A DNA stretch of 64,000 nt, from the NCBI GenBank assembly GCA_037130015.1, contig JBAXTU010000001.1, positions 5,153-69,152 of the forward strand. Reading direction: 5' to 3'. A program made the translations under genes and the position numbers. The notes beneath the pieces are model-generated. The model was not told where the DNA came from. It searched no databases and saw nothing but the letters and a program-made list of their open reading frames with translations. Source of the DNA: a bacterium. Its GTDB lineage: Bacteria > Patescibacteriota > Patescibacteriia > 2-01-FULL-39-33. Of the stretch, positions 56,888-64,000 are shown in pieces; the stretch's first letter is position 1, and each line of letters opens with the position of its first letter.

Positions 56888-57271
56888 ATGCCTAAAGCGG
56901 TAAAAGCAAACACTATACTCATCGTGGAGGACGATGTCTTTTTGGCTGATTTATATCGGACCAAATTTGAATTGGAGGGATTCAAAGTCTATGTAGCCTA
57001 TGACGGAGAAAAAGGCTGGGAAAGCGTCAAAAAAAATCTGCCACAGGTGGCGTTATTGGATTTGGTTTTGCCGAAAATGAACGGTTTTCAGGTATTAGAA
57101 AATATGAAAGCTGAGGCCTCAACCAAAAATATTCCAGTTATTATTTTGACCAACTTAAGTCAGAAAGCTGATATAGAAAAAGGACTAAAAATGGGCGCCA
57201 ATGATTATCTAATTAAAGCGCATTTTATGCCGTCGGAAGTGGTTGCTAAAATTCAGAAATTAATTAAATAG
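56888..57271 (+). CDS. Stand-alone response-regulator receiver (CheY-like)
   Basis: ILIVEDD, LLDLVLPKMNG, IILTN and GANDYLIK motifs; no output domain. Confidence 0.9.
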   Translation: MPKAVKANTILIVEDDVFLADLYRTKFELEGFKVYVAYDGEKGWESVKKNLPQVALLDLVLPKMNGFQVLENMKAEASTKNIPVIILTNLSQKADIEKGLKMGANDYLIKAHFMPSEVVAKIQKLIK

Positions 57272-57274
57272 TTT

Positions 57275-58354
57275 ATGGAAACATCTAGATTTTTATTGGT
57301 TAAAACTATTCTGGCTGAAGCGGTCAAGCGGGGAGCGCAGGATTTGCATTTTTCGGTTGGTGGTAATCCCTGTTTGCGTATCAATGGAGAATTACTTTCT
57401 ATGGAAGATAAGGAGATAATTACGCAGGATTTCATGGAAAAATTTATCAATCTAATTTTGACCGAAGATCAAAAAGCCAAATTAAATTCCGATAGGGAAA
57501 TTATTATTACTTATGATTTTGAAAATAATCTTCGTTTTAAAATAAATATTTTTTATCAAAAGAATTTTCTATCTGCCACTTTGCGTTATATTCCGACAGA
57601 TATTCCCACAGTCGCTTCGCTGGGACTTAATCCTGTAATCAAAGATTTTATCAAATTCAAAAAAGGCTTGGTAATTGTGGCTGGGCCATTTGGTTCTGGA
57701 CGCTCCACCACTGTGGCTGCCTTGCTTGATGCTATTAATCAAGAAAGAAAAGAATATATTATCACCATTGAAAATCCGATTGAATATGTTTTTACCAACA
57801 ATCAAAGTGTAATTGAACAAAGGGAAATAGGCCGTGATACCAAATCATTTGCCGATGCCTTGGCTTATTTTCAGGAAGAAGACGGTGATATTTTGTTTGT
57901 GGAAGAATTAGAAGACCCTCAGATTATTCCTGCGGTTTTGGAAATAGCTCGTGGCAGTTCATTGGTTTTTACGGCTCTTACGGCCTCATCTGTTTCTAAT
58001 GCTGTTAGTCGTATTTTGGATAGTTTTACTAGTTTTGACCAAGAAAGAGTGCGTGATCAATTATCCACAGCGCTTAAAGGGATTGTTTGTCAAAAAATCT
58101 TGCCAAAAATCGGTGGAGGAGTGATAGTTGTTAATGAAATTATGATAGCCAATGAAGCCATTGTTTCAATAATTGCCAATGGTAATGTGTCGCAAATAGA
58201 CAATATTATCCAAACTTCACGTAGAGATGGTATGATTTCTTTTGACCAGGCTTTGGCTGAATTGGTGCATCAGCATAAGATTTCCAATGAAGACGCTATG
58301 GACAATGCCATCAACAAAAAAACTTTGGAAAAAATGATTTCTTCAAAAGAATAA
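57275..58354 (+). CDS. PilT/PilU-like protein with degenerate ATPase motifs
   Basis: PilT architecture (DLHF, QREIGRDT, QTSRRDGM), but Walker A is GPFGSGRST and the His box is lost. Confidence 0.85.
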   Translation: METSRFLLVKTILAEAVKRGAQDLHFSVGGNPCLRINGELLSMEDKEIITQDFMEKFINLILTEDQKAKLNSDREIIITYDFENNLRFKINIFYQKNFLSATLRYIPTDIPTVASLGLNPVIKDFIKFKKGLVIVAGPFGSGRSTTVAALLDAINQERKEYIITIENPIEYVFTNNQSVIEQREIGRDTKSFADALAYFQEEDGDILFVEELEDPQIIPAVLEIARGSSLVFTALTASSVSNAVSRILDSFTSFDQERVRDQLSTALKGIVCQKILPKIGGGVIVVNEIMIANEAIVSIIANGNVSQIDNIIQTSRRDGMISFDQALAELVHQHKISNEDAMDNAINKKTLEKMISSKE

Positions 58355-58363
58355 TTAATAAAT

Positions 58364-59572
58364 ATGTCAGTTTATTCTTATAAAGCTAAAAATAAAAGAG
58401 GCCAATTAATTGAAGGTATAGTTGATGCCTCTAGTGAAGATGCTGTTTCCAATATGCTTCATGAGAAGGAATTGGCTATTATTAATATTGGCAAAAGGGA
58501 ACAGGCTAATGCCGAGGAATACAAATTTAATTTTTTGCGTCGGGTAAAAAACAAGGAATTAGTGGTTTTTTTTAGACAAATGGCTGTCATGATTAATGCT
58601 AATTTACCGATTGTCAAAATTTTGCGTATTTTGGTGCGTCAAACATCTGATAAAAATTTAAAAAGCATAATTGCTCATGTGGCCGATGAAGTTGATGGCG
58701 GTGCCAAATTATCAGAGGCCATGGGTGAATTTCATGACACTTTTTCTGATTTTTATGTAAATATGATCCGTTCTGGTGAGACATCAGGACGACTTAGTGA
58801 AGTCATGGATTATTTGGCCAGTCAGCAAGAGAGTGATTACGAACTTCAATCCAAAGTTCGTGGCGCCATGATTTATCCGATTTTTATTTTAGCTGGTTTG
58901 GCACTGGTAGGCGGAATTGTGATGGTTTTTGTCATTCCTCAAATCACCAGTGTGCTCAAAGAGTCTGGCGTGGTTTTGCCTTGGTCAACTCAGGCGCTTA
59001 TCTGGACGGCTGAATTTTTGAAAAATTTTTGGTGGGCTATAATTTTATCGTTGGCTTTATTATCGGTTATAATTAATTTTTATGTGCATACACCTTCTGG
59101 TCGTTATGCGTTTGATGTGTTCAAGCTAAAAATTCCGATTTTTGGCAAGATTTTTAAAAATATTTATATTGTAAGACTTATGCGGAGTTTTTCTACTTTG
59201 CTTAAGGGTGGTGTGCCAGTAAGTCGGGCCCTAGAAGTGGTACGTGATGTTGTTGGTAGTCGGGTGTATGAAGATATTTTGACCAGAACAATTGCCAATG
59301 TGGACGAAGGCAATCCCATTGCCGAAAGTTTGTCTGATAGTAAACATATTCCAGTGCTGGTGTCGCAAATGATCAGTGTGGGTGAGGAAAGTGGCAAATT
59401 GGAAGAGGTAGTAGAAAAAATTACGGATTTTTATGATCGGGAGATTGATAATAGTGTACGAAATTTGTCAGTGCTTATTGAGCCCATAGTCATGATTTTC
59501 TTGGGTTTGGCGGTTGGTTTTTTTGTGGCGGCCGTGATTTTGCCCATGTGGCAATTATCAGCTGCTATGTAA
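58364..59572 (+). CDS. pilC: Type IV pilus platform protein PilC/GspF
   Basis: FFRQMA, GETSGRL, AMIYP, VGEESGKL and IEP motifs. Confidence 0.95.
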   Translation: MSVYSYKAKNKRGQLIEGIVDASSEDAVSNMLHEKELAIINIGKREQANAEEYKFNFLRRVKNKELVVFFRQMAVMINANLPIVKILRILVRQTSDKNLKSIIAHVADEVDGGAKLSEAMGEFHDTFSDFYVNMIRSGETSGRLSEVMDYLASQQESDYELQSKVRGAMIYPIFILAGLALVGGIVMVFVIPQITSVLKESGVVLPWSTQALIWTAEFLKNFWWAIILSLALLSVIINFYVHTPSGRYAFDVFKLKIPIFGKIFKNIYIVRLMRSFSTLLKGGVPVSRALEVVRDVVGSRVYEDILTRTIANVDEGNPIAESLSDSKHIPVLVSQMISVGEESGKLEEVVEKITDFYDREIDNSVRNLSVLIEPIVMIFLGLAVGFFVAAVILPMWQLSAAM

Positions 59573-59601
59573 GTTTTCCACTGTTGCGTTTTTGAATTTT
59601 T

Positions 59602-59610
59602 TGCTATAAT
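59602..59610 (+). promoter_or_regulatory. Extended -10 promoter (TGcTATAAT) for the major pilin
   Basis: About 160 bp upstream of the pilin ATG. Confidence 0.6.
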
Positions 59611-59769
59611 TAAACCAAGTAAATAAAAAAGGTCGATAAATTTATTTGCCAAAATAGAAATATTTTGTCTACTCGAGTAAACAAAAAACAAAAAAAACAA
59701 AGCCAGGCCCCCGATCAGGACTTGGCAGACAAAATTTAAATTTTAATTAACAAATAATCTTCAATAATT

Positions 59770-60159
59770 ATGAAAAAACAGCAAGGTTTTACCTTAATTG
59801 AACTTTTGATCGTTATTGCTATCATTGGTTTATTGTCTTCTTTGGCTGTGGTCTCTTTGTCCGGCGCCAGAAACAAAGCCTATGATGCTCAAATCAAAAG
59901 CGATCTCGCTCAAGTCAGAACCAGTTTGGAAATGTCAGCTTCTGATAATGGCGGTAGTTATGCTGCATGGACTATGCCAGCCAATATTAACGCCCCGGCT
60001 TGTTCTGGTACTAAATATGTGGCTAGTACTACTGCTATTGGATTTAGAGTTTATGGTCAGTTGTGTGCTAATACGGCTCAATATTTTTGTATTGATGGCA
60101 ATGGCAATGTCACTACCACGTCAGCTGTTCCGACTGCTGGTGCAGAAACTTGTTTATAA
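59770..60159 (+). CDS. pilA: Type IV major pilin
   Basis: MKKQQG|FTLIELLIVIAIIGLL; four Cys; own promoter and terminator. Confidence 0.85.
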   Translation: MKKQQGFTLIELLIVIAIIGLLSSLAVVSLSGARNKAYDAQIKSDLAQVRTSLEMSASDNGGSYAAWTMPANINAPACSGTKYVASTTAIGFRVYGQLCANTAQYFCIDGNGNVTTTSAVPTAGAETCL

Positions 60160-60173
60160 ATTTAAGTTGTTTC

Positions 60174-60206
60174 AAAATCCCCTCGGCCTTGGTTGAGGGG
60201 ATTTTT
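60174..60206 (+). terminator. Intrinsic terminator after the pilin
   Basis: AAAATCCCCTC…GAGGGGATTTTT. Confidence 0.85.
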
Positions 60207-60223
60207 GTTTATAAGTATTTTTG

Positions 60224-60232
60224 TGCTATAAT
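60224..60232 (+). promoter_or_regulatory. Extended -10 promoter (TGcTATAAT) for the pilD/minor pilin operon
   Basis: Immediately after the terminator, about 33 bp before the ATG. Confidence 0.6.
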
Positions 60233-60264
60233 ATAGTCATAAAAATAATAATTTTTGTTTGTTT

Positions 60265-60672
60265 ATGACCATGAGGACGCGTTTCAAAATCAGCGTTTAT
60301 TTTCTATTGTTTGTCATGGCTAGCACCGGATTGGGTTTTTTGATGTGGTATAATAGTGTACAAATTCGTGATTATAAGCGCTTGTCTGACATGACTGATA
60401 TTCAATCTCGTCTAAATATTTATTTTTTGCACTACAGCAGTTATCAGGTTGATGGCTGTTCCAGTGGTTTGATAGTCAGTGATTGCAAAGGCAGTGCTGA
60501 CAGGCCTTCATTTTTAGGCGGAATTACTGATCAACTTGGTGGTAATTACGCTTATGTTTTTTCGGCTTTGAGTCAAAATGACTATAAAGTAAGTTTTGTT
60601 TTAGAAACCAAAGTTGGTGGTTTTGCGCCTGGCCGTTATTTTTTGACTCCCAGTGGAATTAGTGATAAATAA
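60265..60672 (+). CDS. Pilin-like protein lacking a class III cleavage motif
   Basis: TM followed by an RDYKRLSD…I…L..Y helix resembling pseudopilins; no G|FTLxE. Confidence 0.55.
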   Translation: MTMRTRFKISVYFLLFVMASTGLGFLMWYNSVQIRDYKRLSDMTDIQSRLNIYFLHYSSYQVDGCSSGLIVSDCKGSADRPSFLGGITDQLGGNYAYVFSALSQNDYKVSFVLETKVGGFAPGRYFLTPSGISDK

Positions 60673-61455
60673 ATGCTGTTTTATTTTTTTATTTTTATTT
60701 TCGGGCTGATTATTGGCAGTTTTTTGAATGTGGTGATTTTGAGATTAAATAACGGCGAGAAAATTTCCGGGTCTCGTTCGCATTGCCCGCATTGTCAAAA
60801 AGTTTTGAGTCCGCATGAATTGTGGCCGGTTATTAGTTTTATTTTACAAAAAGGCAAGTGTAAAAATTGTAAAGCAAAAATTTCCTGGCAATATCCGTTG
60901 GTTGAACTTTCTACTGCTTTATTGTTTATTTTGGTGTCATACGTGTATTGGGGCAATATTGGCATTGATTTTTTGAGTGATTCTTGGCAGTCATATTTGC
61001 CATGGCTGAGAAATTTATTTTTTGTGTGTGTGCTGGTAGTTATTTTTGTTTATGATTTGCGATGGCAATTAATTTTGGATAAAGTGACTTTGCCGGCCAT
61101 GGCTATAGCTTTGATTGTTAATTTGTGGCTTGGTTATGGCTTTAAAAATTTATTGCTGGGTATGTTGGTGGCCGGAGGATTTTTTTTGGCACAATTTTTA
61201 ATTTCTGGCGGTCGCTGGATTGGCGGGGGAGATATTCGCATGGGAGCACTCATAGGTCTGATGCTTGGTTGGCCAAACACATTAGTGGCCTTGTTTCTGT
61301 CGTATGTTATTGGCGCGTTTTTTGGCGTATGTCTGATGATTTTGGCTCACAAAGATGGCCAGACCAAAGTGGCTTTTGGATCGTTTCTGGCTGTTGGCAC
61401 GATTATTGCTCTTTTGTGGGGCACACAAATTATGAACAAATTTTGGGCGATATAA
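60673..61455 (+). CDS. pilD: Prepilin peptidase PilD
   Basis: GSFLNVVI.R, RSHCPHC, GKCKNC, YPLVE, GGGD and AFGSFL motifs. Confidence 0.95.
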   Translation: MLFYFFIFIFGLIIGSFLNVVILRLNNGEKISGSRSHCPHCQKVLSPHELWPVISFILQKGKCKNCKAKISWQYPLVELSTALLFILVSYVYWGNIGIDFLSDSWQSYLPWLRNLFFVCVLVVIFVYDLRWQLILDKVTLPAMAIALIVNLWLGYGFKNLLLGMLVAGGFFLAQFLISGGRWIGGGDIRMGALIGLMLGWPNTLVALFLSYVIGAFFGVCLMILAHKDGQTKVAFGSFLAVGTIIALLWGTQIMNKFWAI

Positions 61456-61459
61456 TTTT

Positions 61460-61984
61460 ATGAAAAAAATAAAAAATAATTTTGGTTTTACTTTGGCGGA
61501 AATGATGGTGGTAATAGCTATTACCGGTATTTTATCCAGTATGGCGTTGATAAATTTTCGCACCAACGAAAAACAACGTCAGTTGCGAGATTCAGCACTG
61601 CTAGTCACCGACGGTTTTAAACGTTTGCAAAGTATGGCTTTGTCCGGTGATATGGTGGGTGGTGCTATGCCTATTAGTTATAATTTTTATCTTAACCCTG
61701 CTGATTGCAGTCAATACATTTTACGCGCCAAGCTTGATGAAGCAAATTATATTGCAATCGGTCAAACTGTAAAATTAATAAATTCCAATATTAAAGATTG
61801 TTCTAATATTGGAGAAGTAGAAATTTATCCTCCACGAGCCAATATGGAATTTTTAAATTTTCCATCGTATGATGAAATTTCTTTAGTTGTTGAATATAAT
61901 GGTGATGGCTCATCTGCTCGTACGGTTAAGATAAACAAAGTTTCTGGTAGAGTTGATTTGGGCGCGCAAATGGCTAATCCTTAA
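61460..61984 (+). CDS. Minor pilin (FimT/GspH-like)
   Basis: FG|FTLAEMMVVIAI; C-terminal INKVSGRV. Confidence 0.8.
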   Translation: MKKIKNNFGFTLAEMMVVIAITGILSSMALINFRTNEKQRQLRDSALLVTDGFKRLQSMALSGDMVGGAMPISYNFYLNPADCSQYILRAKLDEANYIAIGQTVKLINSNIKDCSNIGEVEIYPPRANMEFLNFPSYDEISLVVEYNGDGSSARTVKINKVSGRVDLGAQMANP

Positions 61985-61989
61985 AAAAT

Positions 61990-62685
61990 ATGAGATCCCT
62001 GGTCGAGCCAGGGATGACAAAAAACATGAAAAATATTTTAAAAGACAATTCAGGTCAAACATTAATAGAGCTACTCACGGCTATTGGTATTATTAGTATT
62101 GGTCTTTTTAGTGTTTGGAATTTATTTTTGTCCAATTTTTCTGGTGAGCAATCGGCTCGTGATCGTGTGGTTGGTTCAAATTTGGCGCGCGAAGGCATGG
62201 AAGTGGTCAGAAATATACGAGACACTAATTGGCTAAAAGTGGATGTTAATGATAGCGCTTGCGGTCTTGCCAGTGATGAATTGTGTCAGTGGGATGATGG
62301 TTTGACTGGTGGAAATACAGCTGTGATTGGTAATATTGTAGTTAAGAGTGATTTAAATTTGATTTATAAAAACGGCGAAGCTTTGATAGCTTCCATTGAC
62401 GATCCTATGGCCAAGATTTATTTGAATGCTGATGGTTTTTTTAATAATGATGCTACCGGTTCAAGCACACCTTTTAGTAGAATAATAAAATTACAAAATA
62501 TTTGTTGTCTTGATGCGACCGCTGATTTAAAATGTGATAATACTAATTTTGTCACTTCAACTGTTAGTGGCTGTCCAGTAGATTGGCTGAAAATCGGTAT
62601 GGATGTGGAATGCATAGTCGCTTGGAATATTTCGGGACGAACAGAAAGTATCAAAGCTCAAGATCAACTTTTTAATTGGCGTTAA
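61990..62685 (+). CDS. Minor pilin (PilV-like); alternative start 62026
   Basis: SG|QTLIELL and LAREGMEVVRNIRD. Confidence 0.8.
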   Translation: MRSLVEPGMTKNMKNILKDNSGQTLIELLTAIGIISIGLFSVWNLFLSNFSGEQSARDRVVGSNLAREGMEVVRNIRDTNWLKVDVNDSACGLASDELCQWDDGLTGGNTAVIGNIVVKSDLNLIYKNGEALIASIDDPMAKIYLNADGFFNNDATGSSTPFSRIIKLQNICCLDATADLKCDNTNFVTSTVSGCPVDWLKIGMDVECIVAWNISGRTESIKAQDQLFNWR

Positions 62686-62688
62686 TTT

Positions 62689-63294
62689 ATGTTAAAAATA
62701 TTTAAAAAAGCCTGCCTGACTGGTAGGCAGGTAAAAAAACAAAACGGCTTTACTTTGGCGGAGATGATGGTGACAATGAGTGTTTTTGCCATCACTTCCG
62801 TGATGTTATCCGGCATTTTTGTTAATATTAGCCATATACAAAAAAATACGGAAAATTTTCAACGTTTACAAAACGATGGCCGTTATATGATTGAAAAATT
62901 GGCGCGTGAAATTCGCGGACGTGAATTGCGTTATCCCGCTAATATGACGAATTATTTATTTTTTGAAAAAGATGAAAACGGACAAATAGTTTTGGTTTGT
63001 TTTGATTCTACTAATAAGCTTTTGAAATATTATGTCACTGGTCAGGATAATGAGGCCACAGTTGAAAATTGCAAAAGTTATGGTGCTGATCTTAATGCTG
63101 GTGATGTTGAAATTGATGATGTTAAATTTTTAGTTTATCCGCAAATCGCTGACAAGTGGGGTACAGCGCCGACAGTTAATGCCCAACCGCGTGTCACCGT
63201 GATGCTTAATTTAAAAAACAAAACAGACAACCCTGTTTTTCAAAGGCAATTATCCATTCAAACGACAATTTCAGGTAAGGTTTATAAGCGTTAA
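62689..63294 (+). CDS. Minor pilin (PilW-like)
   Basis: NG|FTLAEMM, LAREIR and C-terminal IQTTIS. Confidence 0.8.
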   Translation: MLKIFKKACLTGRQVKKQNGFTLAEMMVTMSVFAITSVMLSGIFVNISHIQKNTENFQRLQNDGRYMIEKLAREIRGRELRYPANMTNYLFFEKDENGQIVLVCFDSTNKLLKYYVTGQDNEATVENCKSYGADLNAGDVEIDDVKFLVYPQIADKWGTAPTVNAQPRVTVMLNLKNKTDNPVFQRQLSIQTTISGKVYKR

Positions 63295-63300
63295 AAAGCC

Positions 63301-64000
63301 ATGATTAAAAAAATAAAACAATTTAAAAAAAATCAGGACGGTGTGGTGCTTATAATCACCATGGTAATGATGGCAGTACTACTAGCTACGGCTATTAGTT
63401 TTGCTGTTTTTATTATTTCCGATATTAGGCAGGCGCGAAGTGTGGACAATGCTGTGGTCGCTTATTATGCAGCTGATGCCGGTTTGGAACGCAGTTTGTA
63501 TTTGCTTAGAAAAAAAGAAGTCGGCATTGATGATCTTAAAAATTTATCAGGTTCAACTTTTTCAGCTGGCAGTACATGGACTTTGGCGTCTTCTACGAGT
63601 TATGAGCCGACTTTTTTTCGTCAGCGGTTGCAAAATGGCCAAAGCGTAAAATTATTTTTTTCTGATCGTGAGACCAGTAAAGCTAAAAGCTTGCAACTCA
63701 GCTGGTCGACTCCGAATCTTTCCAATGCCAGGTTACAAGTGTCTTTTACTCAGCTTACACCAAGTGAAAATAATGGTGTTTATGTTTATTATAATGATAT
63801 AAATAATATTTTGCTTTCAGACACTTCTCATGATGGTCCGATTTGTTATAATTTTAAAAATAGTGACAGTCAAAATGTTCCTTGGCAAAAAAAGGTTGAT
63901 TATTTAGTGGAAATTAAAGTTATTGGCAGTGGCAATGGAGATGAAGTTGATAATTTAATAGTCAAAGCCTATAACAAGGATTGCCACGCTTCAGATTATG
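63301..64000 (+). CDS. Minor pilin PilX-like (3'-truncated; not in ORF track)
   Basis: Manual translation MIKKIKQFKKNQDG|VVLIITMVMM…AYYAADAGLERSL; frame stays open to the window end. Confidence 0.8.
   Translation, partial: MIKKIKQFKKNQDGVVLIITMVMMAVLLATAISFAVFIISDIRQARSVDNAVVAYYAADAGLERSLYLLRKKEVGIDDLKNLSGSTFSAGSTWTLASSTSYEPTFFRQRLQNGQSVKLFFSDRETSKAKSLQLSWSTPNLSNARLQVSFTQLTPSENNGVYVYYNDINNILLSDTSHDGPICYNFKNSDSQNVPWQKKVDYLVEIKVIGSGNGDEVDNLIVKAYNKDCHASDY

Noticed and set aside
59640-59735. c-di-GMP-I riboswitch in the pilin leader
   Set aside because: It has a GAAA-capped stem and CAAAGC but lacks the GGCAAA and GACGCAAA junction arrangement. Kept only as an unassigned structured leader.
459-63649. 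Numerous short overlapping or antisense ORFs in the six-frame track (e.g. 2986-3408, 12784-13173, 33834-34199, 59816-60196, 63401-63649)
   Set aside because: They overlap well-supported genes and show no recognisable motifs or expression signals, so they are treated as shadow ORFs.

Overview
AT-rich bacterial chromosomal segment read with the standard code (TGA terminates comF). Gene content and protein styles suggest a Patescibacteria/CPR (Parcubacteria-like) genome; this is an inference. The window is dominated by cell-surface machinery. (i) A 3103-aa Cys-rich secreted protein is followed by a minimal monoderm-type T4SS-like cluster (VirB6-like, PrgI, VirB4 partner, VirB4, VirB8-like) running into comF. 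(ii) Three tRNAs, recG, two self-contained mini-genes and radA follow. (iii) A minus-strand block encodes VirB2-like pilins fused to cell-wall hydrolases, a beta-propeller protein, clpC, htpX and lemA. (iv) Four secreted GIGTT-repeat fibre/adhesin genes share identical ~300-bp DNA modules, and (v) a type IV pilus operon (pilM,N,O,P,B,T-like,C,A,D, minor pilins) closes the window. The most unusual signals are module shuffling among the fibre genes, hydrolase-armed pilins, a catalytically degenerate PilT, a PilN with two PilM-binding motifs, and tiny GC-rich hairpins with flanking direct repeats at gene starts. No CRISPR array, rRNA, transposase, integrase, relaxase or reverse transcriptase was recognised.
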